Program-made: the position numbers and the translations under genes
Part shown: positions 17,025 to 25,715 of the stretch, one piece after another
How positions within the stretch are numbered: the first letter of the stretch is position 1
How the letters are laid out: every line of letters begins with the position of its first letter
Source: Bacteroidales bacterium
GTDB taxonomy: Bacteria; Bacteroidota; Bacteroidia; Bacteroidales; FEN-979
Reading direction: 5' to 3'
Length of the DNA: 64,000 bases
NCBI GenBank assembly: GCA_035505995.1
Contig: DATJQF010000230.1
Location: forward strand, 194-64,193
The notes under the pieces: generated by a model
The model's database searches: none
What the model was told of the DNA's origin: nothing
What the model saw: only the letters and a program-made list of their open reading frames with translations

Positions 17025-18686
17025 TTATTTTTTACCTTCTTTCACTTCTCTTTTCAGCCTGGCCAGGTGACCTCTGCCCAGCGCTTTCACTTCGCAGCCC
17101 AGCTTGAAATATCTTCGGATCTGGGCATCGTTCAGGATGCCGAAAGCGTCGATCACGGCGATCGGGCCGCCGGCCCATTTCACGATCTCATCCGGATCCA
17201 GGTTCAGGTAAGGGGTATGGGGCACGGCAAGGATCAGGGCCTCCACCCCTTTCATCGCTTTTTTCAGGTCCTTCTGGACCACGATGCTTTTCAGCTGTTC
17301 CTGGTTCCTGAAGAAGCGTTTCCAGGAATGGCCCGGGGCGGGATATTCGTCCTGGTCCTCCAGTTCATACCAGTGATCCACATACGGGTCATGCACACTC
17401 ACCTCGGCGTTCATCTCCGTCAGTTTGCGGACGACCATTTCGCTTCCGCTGTACCGGGTATCCCCCACATCCTGGCGGTAGCTGGCCCCGCAAAGGAGCA
17501 CGCGCGCACCGGCAATATACCGGCCCATATTGCGCAGGGCATCACGGGTCAGTTCCGATACATGCAGTCCGCGGGTGTCATTGATATCGATGGCCGTTGG
17601 AGTAAGCTGGAAGATCTTGTCGCCATCCTCAAAACCCAGGATATGCTTGTAGGCCCAGTACCCGAGCCCGCCGTCCTTCGGCAGGCAATACCCTCCGATG
17701 CCCGGTCCCGGGAAGATCATGTTGCTGTGTGTCGGCCGCATCCGGATCGCCTGGATTACCTTGATCAGGTCCACCCCGTTGCGTTCGGCAAACAGGCTCC
17801 ATTCGTTAAGAAATGCCAGGATGGTGGCACGATATGAATTTTCCACGATCTTGGTGGTTTCCGATTCGATGGGACGGTCCATGACAGTCAACGGGTAATC
17901 GCGGGTGTTCAGTACTTCGTGAAGGAATTTTTCCACCCGCTTGCGGGCTATCTCTTCGCATCCTGAACAAACCCTCCAGAAATCGCGGATGCTGGCCACG
18001 TATTGCTTTCCGGGCATCACGCGCTCGAAGCTGTGTGCCAGCAACGGGGTCTTCCGGAGGCCGCGCTTCTGGAACTCCTTTTTCAGGATCGGCCAGGCGA
18101 CAAATTCCGTGGTGCCCGGCGCCACGGTGGTCTCGATCAGGACCAGGCACGACGGGTTGATCTTTTCCCCGATGGTCCGCATCGTTTCTTCCAGGGCTAC
18201 AATATCGGCGGATCCGGTCCGCATGTTCCCGAGGTCCTTCTTGGCAAAATCACACTGGACATCCACCACCACGCAATCGGCAAATTTCAGGCAATCGCTG
18301 TTGAAGGTGGCCACCAGGGTTTTTTCTTTCTTCACGCAACGGTCGATCAGGATGTCCACTTCAGGGTCTTCCGCTTTCACCGGTGATTCTCCGCGGTTCA
18401 CCATCGGGATCTTCCAGTAACTCCGCGGGCTGGGGCGCTGGCAGCCGATGACCAGCTTGGAATAATTTCCTTTTTTATCCCGGGTATCCGCCACGATCGC
18501 CGCCATGACTGCGCCAACGAATCCCAGTCCCATCACCACCACGATCTCTTTCTTTTCGCGGCGGGCTTTGGTGACGAGCAATTCAAGCCTTTTCATTTCT
18601 TTTTCATAATCCGCCTTTTGCGGAAGCGGAAACTTCTCCCCGAAAGGATTTACCGAGTAATTTACCGGATCGTTCTTCGCCATCAT
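17025..18686 (-). CDS. nucleotide-sugar dehydrogenase family protein (UDP-glucose/GDP-mannose dehydrogenase fold), unusually long
   Basis: 553 aa with a Rossmann motif VVVMGLGFVGAVMA after a ~45-aa N-terminal extension, and a C-terminal domain LLCGASYRQDVGDTRYS. Confidence 0.75.
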   Translation of the reverse strand: MMAKNDPVNYSVNPFGEKFPLPQKADYEKEMKRLELLVTKARREKKEIVVVMGLGFVGAVMAAIVADTRDKKGNYSKLVIGCQRPSPRSYWKIPMVNRGESPVKAEDPEVDILIDRCVKKEKTLVATFNSDCLKFADCVVVDVQCDFAKKDLGNMRTGSADIVALEETMRTIGEKINPSCLVLIETTVAPGTTEFVAWPILKKEFQKRGLRKTPLLAHSFERVMPGKQYVASIRDFWRVCSGCEEIARKRVEKFLHEVLNTRDYPLTVMDRPIESETTKIVENSYRATILAFLNEWSLFAERNGVDLIKVIQAIRMRPTHSNMIFPGPGIGGYCLPKDGGLGYWAYKHILGFEDGDKIFQLTPTAIDINDTRGLHVSELTRDALRNMGRYIAGARVLLCGASYRQDVGDTRYSGSEMVVRKLTEMNAEVSVHDPYVDHWYELEDQDEYPAPGHSWKRFFRNQEQLKSIVVQKDLKKAMKGVEALILAVPHTPYLNLDPDEIVKWAGGPIAVIDAFGILNDAQIRRYFKLGCEVKALGRGHLARLKREVKEGKK

Positions 18687-18721
18687 CGTTATATCAGGTT
18701 GTTTTTAATGTCAGATATTCT

Positions 18722-21196
18722 TTATCGGATCTGCGCTCCGAGCTGATCGGTGAATGCTTTTGCCAGCTTCTCCATGACGGATTCAATGTCCGCCTCCGTC
18801 AGGGTCCGCGTTTCGTCCTGCAGGATAAAACTTACGGCATAAGACTTCTTCCCCTTGCCGATCCCCTCTCCTTCATAGACATCGAAAAGCCCCACCTTTT
18901 TGAGCAGTTTCTTCTCCCTGGAAAAAGCCAGCGACTCCACCGCGGAAAAGGGTACCTCCCGGTCCAGCAGCAGCGCAAGATCACGTCTCACTTCGGGAAA
19001 CTTCGGAAGTTCCCTGATTTCCGGCACCGCCTTCGGAATTCCTTGCAGAATTCTTTCCCACCAAAGGTCGGCATAAAGCACTTCCTGCCTGCAATCGAAT
19101 CTCTTCAGCCAGGCGGGAGACACACTCCCGAGGTAAGCCAGGGGTTCCTGCCCTGCCAGCAACGCCAGCCCTTCCCGGATCTCTTCCGATTGATACGGGA
19201 CTTCGGTGATCCTGCCGGCAGGGAAACCGGCTTTTTGAAGCAGGGACAGCACCGTCCCCTTCAGATCGAAGAAGCTGACGCTCCGGACCGGGGAGTTCCA
19301 CGACTCCGGGGCCGCTCTGCCGGTCATGAAAAGCGCCAGGTGTTTTTCCTCCTGGTATTTTTCCAGGGGATCCTTCACCGGTCTTCCGGAATGGTCTTTC
19401 CGGTAGGTTCTCCCGAACTCATAGAACCGGATATCCTGGATCCTGCGGTTCTGGTTATAGGCGATCGATTCCAGCCCTCCGTACAGCAGGGTCCGGCGCA
19501 TGACTCCCAGGTCCCGGCTCAGGGGATTACAGACGGGAACGACCGTATCCATGCCGTAGGAGGCGTTCCCCTCATAATAGGAAGTCCGGGTGAGCGAATT
19601 ATTATACATCTCGCAGAACCCGTTTGCGCTGAGCCATTCGGAGACATTGTTCCGGACCTTCTCCGGATCCGGCTTCTTTACGTAGGAAAGCGAGGAACGG
19701 ATCTCTTCGCTGTAGTCAATGTTATTAAACCCGTAGATCCGGAGGATCTCTTCAATGACATCGGCTTCGCGGGTCACATCCACTTTGTAAGACGGGATTT
19801 CCAGCTCGAACCCGGATTCATTTTCCCTCCGGATGCCTATTCCCAGGTCCTGCAGGATCCCCCGTACCAGATCCCGGTCGATCTTCTGGCCGGCCAGCCG
19901 GTCGAAATTCTTAAAGGTGAATGCTACCACCCGCGCATCCGCTTTGCCGGGATAAACATCCACGATATCGGAGGATATTTCACCGCCGGCAATTTCCCCG
20001 ATCATCAGGGCCGCCCTCATCAGGGCAAATACGGTTATGCCGATATCCGCTCCCCGCTCAAACCGGAAAGAAGCATCGGTCTGGAGATTATGATGCCGGG
20101 CCGTCCTGCGGATCGACGTCGGATTGAAGCAGGCGCTTTCCAGAAAGATGTTTTTGGTCTCGAACGTCACTCCTGACCGTATCCCGCCGAAAACGCCGGC
20201 AATACACATCGGTTCCCGGGTATTGCAGATCATCAGGTCGTTCCCGGTCAGGGTCCGCTCCAGTTCATCCAGCGTGACGAACTTCTCTCCCTCTTTCGCT
20301 TTCTTTATGATGACCGTCTCCCCTTCGATCCGGTCTGCATCAAATGCATGAAGCGGTTGACCCGTTTCGTGCAGGATGAAGTTCGTGAGATCCACGATAT
20401 TGTTGATCGGCCTGAGGCCAATGGAATTCAGCCTGTTCTTCAGCCATTCGGGAGATTCGGCCACCCGGACATGGGTCATCGTCAGCCCCGAATACCGGGG
20501 GCAGGCTTGAGGATCTTCGATGATCACCCCGATCTTCCTTCCGTCGGGACCGGCGCGGAATGCCGTAACATCCGGCATCCGGAGTCCTTCGGGGAGGGAT
20601 CCCCCGGTACGTCCCGCTTCGCAGCGCATCGCTGCCGCCAGGTCGCGGGCCGCTCCGATATGGGAGGCGGCATCCGGCCGGTTCGGAGTTAAGCCGACCT
20701 CAAAGATCATATCCGTTACGATCCGGAAATATTCCTTTGCGGGAGTACCCGGGACTGCACCCGGATCCAGCACCATGATCCCCTCATGCGAATCGCCCAG
20801 TCCGAGCTCATCCTCCGCACAGATCATTCCCTCCGACACCTGTCCGCGGATCTTTGATTTCTTTATGACAAGCTCTTTCCCTTTGAAATGCAGCGTTGTT
20901 CCGACCGTCGCCACAGCCACTTTTTGTCCCGCAGCCACATTCGGAGCTCCGCAAACGACAGGAAGAGGATCTCCCCTGCCGATATTCACGGTGGTCAAAG
21001 TCAGGTGATCCGAATCGGGGTGCTTTTCGCAGGTAAGCACCTCCCCGATCACGACCCCTTCAAGACCGCCTTCCACCGAGCTCCAGGGTTCCATGGATTC
21101 GACTTCCAGCCCGCAGCCCGTCAGAATGGCAGCCACACCGGCCGGATCCAGGTCGGTACTGACATATTGTTTCAACCAGTTATAGGAGATCTTCAT
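18722..21196 (-). CDS. pheT: phenylalanine--tRNA ligase beta subunit
   Basis: 824 aa starting MKISYNWLKQY. tRNA-binding, B3/4, B5 and FDX-ACB regions are recognisable. Confidence 0.95.
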   Translation of the reverse strand: MKISYNWLKQYVSTDLDPAGVAAILTGCGLEVESMEPWSSVEGGLEGVVIGEVLTCEKHPDSDHLTLTTVNIGRGDPLPVVCGAPNVAAGQKVAVATVGTTLHFKGKELVIKKSKIRGQVSEGMICAEDELGLGDSHEGIMVLDPGAVPGTPAKEYFRIVTDMIFEVGLTPNRPDAASHIGAARDLAAAMRCEAGRTGGSLPEGLRMPDVTAFRAGPDGRKIGVIIEDPQACPRYSGLTMTHVRVAESPEWLKNRLNSIGLRPINNIVDLTNFILHETGQPLHAFDADRIEGETVIIKKAKEGEKFVTLDELERTLTGNDLMICNTREPMCIAGVFGGIRSGVTFETKNIFLESACFNPTSIRRTARHHNLQTDASFRFERGADIGITVFALMRAALMIGEIAGGEISSDIVDVYPGKADARVVAFTFKNFDRLAGQKIDRDLVRGILQDLGIGIRRENESGFELEIPSYKVDVTREADVIEEILRIYGFNNIDYSEEIRSSLSYVKKPDPEKVRNNVSEWLSANGFCEMYNNSLTRTSYYEGNASYGMDTVVPVCNPLSRDLGVMRRTLLYGGLESIAYNQNRRIQDIRFYEFGRTYRKDHSGRPVKDPLEKYQEEKHLALFMTGRAAPESWNSPVRSVSFFDLKGTVLSLLQKAGFPAGRITEVPYQSEEIREGLALLAGQEPLAYLGSVSPAWLKRFDCRQEVLYADLWWERILQGIPKAVPEIRELPKFPEVRRDLALLLDREVPFSAVESLAFSREKKLLKKVGLFDVYEGEGIGKGKKSYAVSFILQDETRTLTEADIESVMEKLAKAFTDQLGAQIR

Positions 21197-21218
21197 TCCG
21201 GGGTCCCGTTATATGATG

Positions 21219-21226
21219 CAAAAGTA
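21219..21226 (-). promoter_or_regulatory. -7 box TACTTTTG (minus strand), pheT
   Basis: Plus-strand CAAAAGTA; 22 nt upstream of ATG 21196. Confidence 0.5.
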
Positions 21227-21324
21227 TTGAGAATTTCCTAATTCTGAGTCATTACCGGCAGGAAAAACGGACGGATGCGTCCGGGCCGCCGTCATGGATA
21301 TGGCGCAGGGGGTGTTATTGATGC

Positions 21325-21332
21325 TATCTTTG
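21325..21332 (+). promoter_or_regulatory. -7 box TATCTTTG, CoiA-like gene
   Basis: Exact motif 18 nt upstream of ATG 21351. It lies inside the track ORF's N-terminal extension, which argues for the shorter start. Confidence 0.45.
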
Positions 21333-21350
21333 AGGATTCATATCCCGGCG

Positions 21351-22238
21351 ATGCTTCAGGTTTTGAAATACGGTCTTCTGAATGGGGAAGCGGTCCATAT
21401 CTCAAAGGTGGACAGGGGATTAAAGTGCAATTGTACCTGTCCCGCATGCGGGCAACCGCTGGTGGCTAAAAAAGGAGCATCCGGAAAGCGGCAGGAGCAT
21501 TTTGCCCATTACCATACGGAACCTTGCCTGCATGCGTATGAGACCTCCCTTCACTTCAGTGCGAAGCAGTTGCTGGAGAAGGAGAAATCCATCGCACTGC
21601 CCTACCGGAAAAAAAGTTTCAATTCGCTTATTCCCGGAAAGCTATTCCAGGAGCTTCCGTTGGGGGAGCATCCCGGTGTGACAGAAACCAGGCTGTATTC
21701 CCTGGATAACATCCGTTCCGAAAAGAAGCTCCATGAGATTGTCCCGGATATCCGGGCTACGGTGGACGGCAGGGAGGTTCTGATCGAGATCGCGGTGACG
21801 CACAAGGTCAGGCAGCAAAAAGCGGAACAGATCCTGAAGATAGGCATCCCGCTGCTCGAGGTGGATCTGTCGTACCTGGATCATGATGTGGAAGAAGAAG
21901 AAATCCGGGAAGCGCTTCTCGGCACGTCGGCTAATAAAAAATGGATCTTCAACCCGAGGGAGGATCACACGGTTGCGGTGATGAACGGGCACCGTACCGA
22001 GCTTCAGCAATCCGTGCGGGAGCTGGCAACTCCCGTACGTAAGCAGGGAAAGCAGAATAATCCCACCATAAATTGTCCCGACCCCTTGCGATACAGCCAC
22101 AAATTGGATCTTTTCACTTGCCGGCAGTGCATTTACCACCTGACGGAAAATCCGTACCATGTATTCTGCGGGGTGTTGAAATACCCGGAGATCCGGCAAC
22201 TGATCGACCGGAAGAACCGGGAGATCCTAAACGGATAG
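21351..22238 (+). CDS. CoiA-like zinc-ribbon / PD-(D/E)xK-type nuclease family protein
   Basis: CNCTCPACGQPLVAKKGASGKRQEHFAHYHTEPC matches the CoiA N-terminal CPxCG...K.G...HFAH signature. VPDIRATVDGREVLIEIAVTHK looks like a nuclease core. Start placed at MLQVLKYG, 18 nt after a -7 box. Confidence 0.6.
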   Translation: MLQVLKYGLLNGEAVHISKVDRGLKCNCTCPACGQPLVAKKGASGKRQEHFAHYHTEPCLHAYETSLHFSAKQLLEKEKSIALPYRKKSFNSLIPGKLFQELPLGEHPGVTETRLYSLDNIRSEKKLHEIVPDIRATVDGREVLIEIAVTHKVRQQKAEQILKIGIPLLEVDLSYLDHDVEEEEIREALLGTSANKKWIFNPREDHTVAVMNGHRTELQQSVRELATPVRKQGKQNNPTINCPDPLRYSHKLDLFTCRQCIYHLTENPYHVFCGVLKYPEIRQLIDRKNREILNG

Positions 22239-22274
22239 GGCCGCGGGGCCGGGAGGTAAGTGTATGTACCCGGT

Positions 22275-22295
22275 ATCCGCCTGACGGATTTTTTT
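22275..22295 (+). terminator. weak rho-independent terminator after the CoiA-like gene
   Basis: 5-bp stem ATCCG/CGGAT with a 5-nt loop followed by T7. Lies 37 nt after the stop codon. Confidence 0.4.
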
Positions 22296-22327
22296 CAATA
22301 ATCTGATCCCATGTACCTCCAATATGA

Positions 22328-22335
22328 TATTTTTG
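22328..22335 (+). promoter_or_regulatory. -7 box TATTTTTG, TIGR03118-like gene
   Basis: Exact motif 36 nt upstream of ATG 22372. Confidence 0.5.
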
Positions 22336-22371
22336 TATTTTTATTTAGTCTATATAAAAACGGAGGTTAAC

Positions 22372-23463
22372 ATGAAAAAACTGGGCACAAAATATACAGG
22401 CATTACTTCCATGGCTGTATTTACAGTCCTGCTCGCAGCAGCGCTGGCCGGATCCGGTTGTAAAAAAAGCAAGACCACCACTCCCATGATCACCACCTAT
22501 GGTCCATCGATGCAGATCGTTTACCTGGTGTCGAATGTGAGTGGTTTCGGTGCCGCCAATATCGACCCCAACCTGGTGGATGCATGGGGCATCGCCATCA
22601 GCCCGAACGGCAGATTATGGGTTTCATCGGCTCAGAAAGGCCTGACCACGATTTATGATGGAACGGGAGCCACGGTGCTGAACCCGGTGACCGTATCTTC
22701 TGCGACAAGAGGCGCTGCCGGCGCGCCGACCGGGGTGGTATATAACGGCACGACGGACTTTATGATCCCCTCGGCCGGAGCGGCCGCCAAGTTCATCTAT
22801 GCAGGAGGCGACGGATCCGTTTCCGGGTGGAGTTCCGGGGATTCCACCGTGGTGGTAGCCACGAAGTCCGGAGCAGTTTATACCGGGATCGCAATGGCCA
22901 ATGACGGCACGGGGAATTTTCTCTATCTTGCCAATTATGGGGCAGGCACCATCGATGTCCTCGATTCAAAATTCAATTTCGTCAGCGGGAAGTCATTTTC
23001 AGATCCTTCTATTCCGACAGGTTTTAATCCGTATAATGTCGTGAATATCGGCGGAATGCTCTATGTCGCTTATGCGGCGGTACCCAATGGGCCGTTTGAA
23101 ATCGGAGGTGTGAATGGCTATGTGAATATTTTCAATCCGAACGGGACCCTGGTCAAAAGATTTGCCGGCGGTACCAATCTGTTCTCTCCCTGGGGAATAA
23201 CACCGGCGCCTGACGCTATGGGTCTTGGTTCGAACATGATCCTCGTGGGCAATTTCCTGGACGGCCATATCAGCGTATACGATGCGGACGGAAATTACAA
23301 GGGGCAGCTGCAGTCGGGGGGTACCATCATTACAATTGACGGTTTATGGGCCTTGACGGAAGCGCCCTCCGGTGCCTCTTCCCTCGACCAAACGGCCATA
23401 TACTTCGCGGCCGGGCCGCAATTTGAAACGGAAGGGGCTGTAGGGTATTTTAAGAAACAATAG
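22372..23463 (+). CDS. TIGR03118-like beta-propeller lipoprotein, function unknown
   Basis: Signal peptide plus lipobox (LAGSGC). NLVDAWGIAISPNGRLWVSS and repeated G-rich strands resemble the TIGR03118 family (recognised from memory). Start trimmed to MKKLG, 36 nt after a -7 box. Confidence 0.5.
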   Translation: MKKLGTKYTGITSMAVFTVLLAAALAGSGCKKSKTTTPMITTYGPSMQIVYLVSNVSGFGAANIDPNLVDAWGIAISPNGRLWVSSAQKGLTTIYDGTGATVLNPVTVSSATRGAAGAPTGVVYNGTTDFMIPSAGAAAKFIYAGGDGSVSGWSSGDSTVVVATKSGAVYTGIAMANDGTGNFLYLANYGAGTIDVLDSKFNFVSGKSFSDPSIPTGFNPYNVVNIGGMLYVAYAAVPNGPFEIGGVNGYVNIFNPNGTLVKRFAGGTNLFSPWGITPAPDAMGLGSNMILVGNFLDGHISVYDADGNYKGQLQSGGTIITIDGLWALTEAPSGASSLDQTAIYFAAGPQFETEGAVGYFKKQ

Positions 23464-23502
23464 CCGGGGATCAGGAAAAGCTGACCGGAAAATATTCAAC
23501 CG

Positions 23503-25608
23503 TCAACTGATCAATCCCCAGTTCTGAGCATATCGGGTCATCAGGCGCAGATGATCCGAGAGAACTTTATTTTTATCGTCCTCCAGTTCCGGGTCGTCGC
23601 GGATGATGTCTGCGGCCACATTCCGGGCATATTTCAATAATTTTTCATCCCGGACAATATCCGCGATTTTCAGGTTCAGCAACCCCGATTGCTGGGTCCC
23701 TTCCAGGTCGCCCGGTCCGCGGAGGCGAAGATCCGTTTCGGCAATCTCAAACCCGTCGGTCGTCCGGACCATGGTCTCCAGGCGTTTTTTAGCATCGTCC
23801 GACAGCTTATGGCCCGACATCAGGATGCAATAGGACTGATCGGAACCTCTGCCCACCCTCCCCCTCAGCTGATGGAGCTGCGAAAGCCCGAACCGCTCTG
23901 CATTTTCAATGACCATCACCGATGCATTCGGGATATCCACGCCAACCTCGATCACCGTCGTCGCCACCAGGATATCGGTTTCCCCGGACTGGAACCGCTG
24001 CATTTCCCCGTCTTTCTCCTGCGGCTTCATTTGTCCGTGGACCATGCTGACCCTGAACTCCGGGGCAGGGAAAACGGACCGGATCATCTCGTAGCCTTCC
24101 GCCAGGTTCTTCAGATCCAGCGTCTCGGATTCCTGGATCAGGGGATAGACCATATAAACCTGCTTCCCTTTCCGGATCTGCTTTCGCAGGAAGCCGAACA
24201 CTTCCGGCCGTTTCGATTCGAAGACATGCCGGGTGATGATGGATTTCCTGCCGGGCGGCAGCTCATCGATCACGGAGGTATCCAGGTCGCCGTAAAGGGT
24301 CATTGCCAGGGTCCGCGGGATCGGCGTGGCGGTCATCACCAGCACATGCGGCGGGATCTCGTTCTTTTCCCAGAGCCGGGCCCGCTGGGCCACCCCGAAG
24401 CGGTGCTGCTCGTCGATCACCACCAGTCCCAGGTTCCGGAACTTTACTCTCTCTTCGAGCAGGGCATGGGTTCCGATCAGGATGGGGATCACCCCTTCTT
24501 CCAGGCCTTCCAGGATCTCTTTACGGGCAGCAGGACGGGTGGAACCGGTAAGCAGGGAGCACCTTAGCCCGAGGCCCGAGATCATGCCGGATATCGTCTG
24601 GAAATGCTGGGCGGCCAGTATTTCGGTGGGGGCCATCAGGCAGGACTGGTATCCGTTATCCAGTGCGATCAGCATGGTCATCAGGGCGACCAGGGTCTTG
24701 CCGCTTCCCACATCCCCCTGGAGCAGCCGGTTCATCTGTTTCCCCGACCGCAGGTCACCGCGGATCTCCCGGATCACTTTCTTCTGTGCCCCCGTCAGCT
24801 CGAAGGTAAGGTAACGGCTGTAAAAATCATTCAGGTTCTTCCCGACGACCGGGAAAGGATGTCCGGACTGCTTGTGCGTCCGGAAGAATTTCTGCTTCAG
24901 CAGCCGGAGCTGGATGTAAAAGAGCTCTTCAAATTTCAGGCGGTTTTCCGCTTTTTTCAGGATCTCATGGCCGGCAGGAAAATGGATATTCCGGAAAGCG
25001 GTATTCCGGTCGATCAGCTTAAGCCCGCTGAGGATCTCCTTCGTGAGGTTTTCCGGGACAAAGAATCTTTCCGAAGAGATCAGGGTCTTCATCAGCTTGG
25101 AGATGCCCCGGCTGTCGAGCCCTTTGGATTTCAGTTTCTCCGTCGAGCCATAATACGGCCGGATCGAGTCGGCCACCGCCCCCGGAAGCGCCGAAGGGAT
25201 CTCCAGTTCCGGGTGGGGCAGATTCAGCCGTCCGTTGAACCAGGAGGGTTTCCCGAAGACCAGGTATTCGATTCCCGGCGTCAGCTTATCCAGGATCCAT
25301 TGTTGCCCCCGGAACCAAACCAGGTCGATCTCCCCCGATTCGTCGGCCACGGTGGCAATGATCCTCCTGGCACGGGGAGGGCCGGCAGTCTGCACCCTGG
25401 TGATCTTTCCCCTGATCTGGACATAGGCCGTATCATCCCTGACCTCCCCGATGCTGAAGATCCGGGTCCGGTCGATGTAGCGAAAGGGGAAAAAGGAAAG
25501 AAACTCCCCGAAGGTGAATACCTGCAATTCCTTCCTGAGCATCTCCGCCCGGGCGGGACCGACGCCTTTAAGGTATTCGATAGGAGTTTCCAGGAAGGTT
25601 CCCTGCAT
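23503..25608 (-). CDS. recG: ATP-dependent DNA helicase RecG
   Basis: Wedge domain plus LLQGDVGSGKT, DEQHRFGV and QLHQLRGRVGRG helicase motifs. The track start is a TTG at 25632; ATG 25608 lies 21 nt downstream of a -7 box. Confidence 0.9.
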   Translation of the reverse strand: MQGTFLETPIEYLKGVGPARAEMLRKELQVFTFGEFLSFFPFRYIDRTRIFSIGEVRDDTAYVQIRGKITRVQTAGPPRARRIIATVADESGEIDLVWFRGQQWILDKLTPGIEYLVFGKPSWFNGRLNLPHPELEIPSALPGAVADSIRPYYGSTEKLKSKGLDSRGISKLMKTLISSERFFVPENLTKEILSGLKLIDRNTAFRNIHFPAGHEILKKAENRLKFEELFYIQLRLLKQKFFRTHKQSGHPFPVVGKNLNDFYSRYLTFELTGAQKKVIREIRGDLRSGKQMNRLLQGDVGSGKTLVALMTMLIALDNGYQSCLMAPTEILAAQHFQTISGMISGLGLRCSLLTGSTRPAARKEILEGLEEGVIPILIGTHALLEERVKFRNLGLVVIDEQHRFGVAQRARLWEKNEIPPHVLVMTATPIPRTLAMTLYGDLDTSVIDELPPGRKSIITRHVFESKRPEVFGFLRKQIRKGKQVYMVYPLIQESETLDLKNLAEGYEMIRSVFPAPEFRVSMVHGQMKPQEKDGEMQRFQSGETDILVATTVIEVGVDIPNASVMVIENAERFGLSQLHQLRGRVGRGSDQSYCILMSGHKLSDDAKKRLETMVRTTDGFEIAETDLRLRGPGDLEGTQQSGLLNLKIADIVRDEKLLKYARNVAADIIRDDPELEDDKNKVLSDHLRLMTRYAQNWGLIS

Positions 25609-25629
25609 GCCGTTGTATGCTGGTATGGA

Positions 25630-25637
25630 CAAATTTA
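25630..25637 (-). promoter_or_regulatory. -7 box TAAATTTG (minus strand), recG
   Basis: Plus-strand CAAATTTA; 21 nt upstream of ATG 25608 and just downstream of the gldN terminator. Confidence 0.5.
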
Positions 25638-25661
25638 TGGATTTTTGCCTGTCCCGGATTC

Positions 25662-25692
25662 AAAAAAAAACTCTCCGCGGGGGAGAGTTTTT
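25662..25692 (-). terminator. strong rho-independent terminator after gldN (end of the gldKLMN operon)
   Basis: CTCTCC/GGAGAG stem, extendable to 11 bp with the flanking A/T runs, and loop GCGGG. On the minus strand it is followed by T9 (A9 at 25662-25670 on plus). Confidence 0.8.
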
Positions 25693-25715
25693 CAAGCTTT
25701 TATAAAGAGCGCAGC

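Noticed and set aside
15936-17837. A 633-aa plus-strand ORF spanning the sigma-54 activator and dehydrogenase genes. Similar very long antisense ORFs occur at 11994-13529 (opposite groEL), 37997-39430 (opposite porW), 29513-30811 (opposite gldK), 33317-34453 (opposite rseP), 24604-25719 (opposite recG) and 19043-20176 (opposite pheT).
   Set aside because: Each lies entirely antisense to a gene with unmistakable conserved motifs. Their translations are low-complexity (rich in R, G, H, D, P, L, F) and carry no recognisable domain. They are explained by GC3-biased codon usage on the true strand, which avoids TTA/CTA/TCA codons and so removes stops from the antisense frame.
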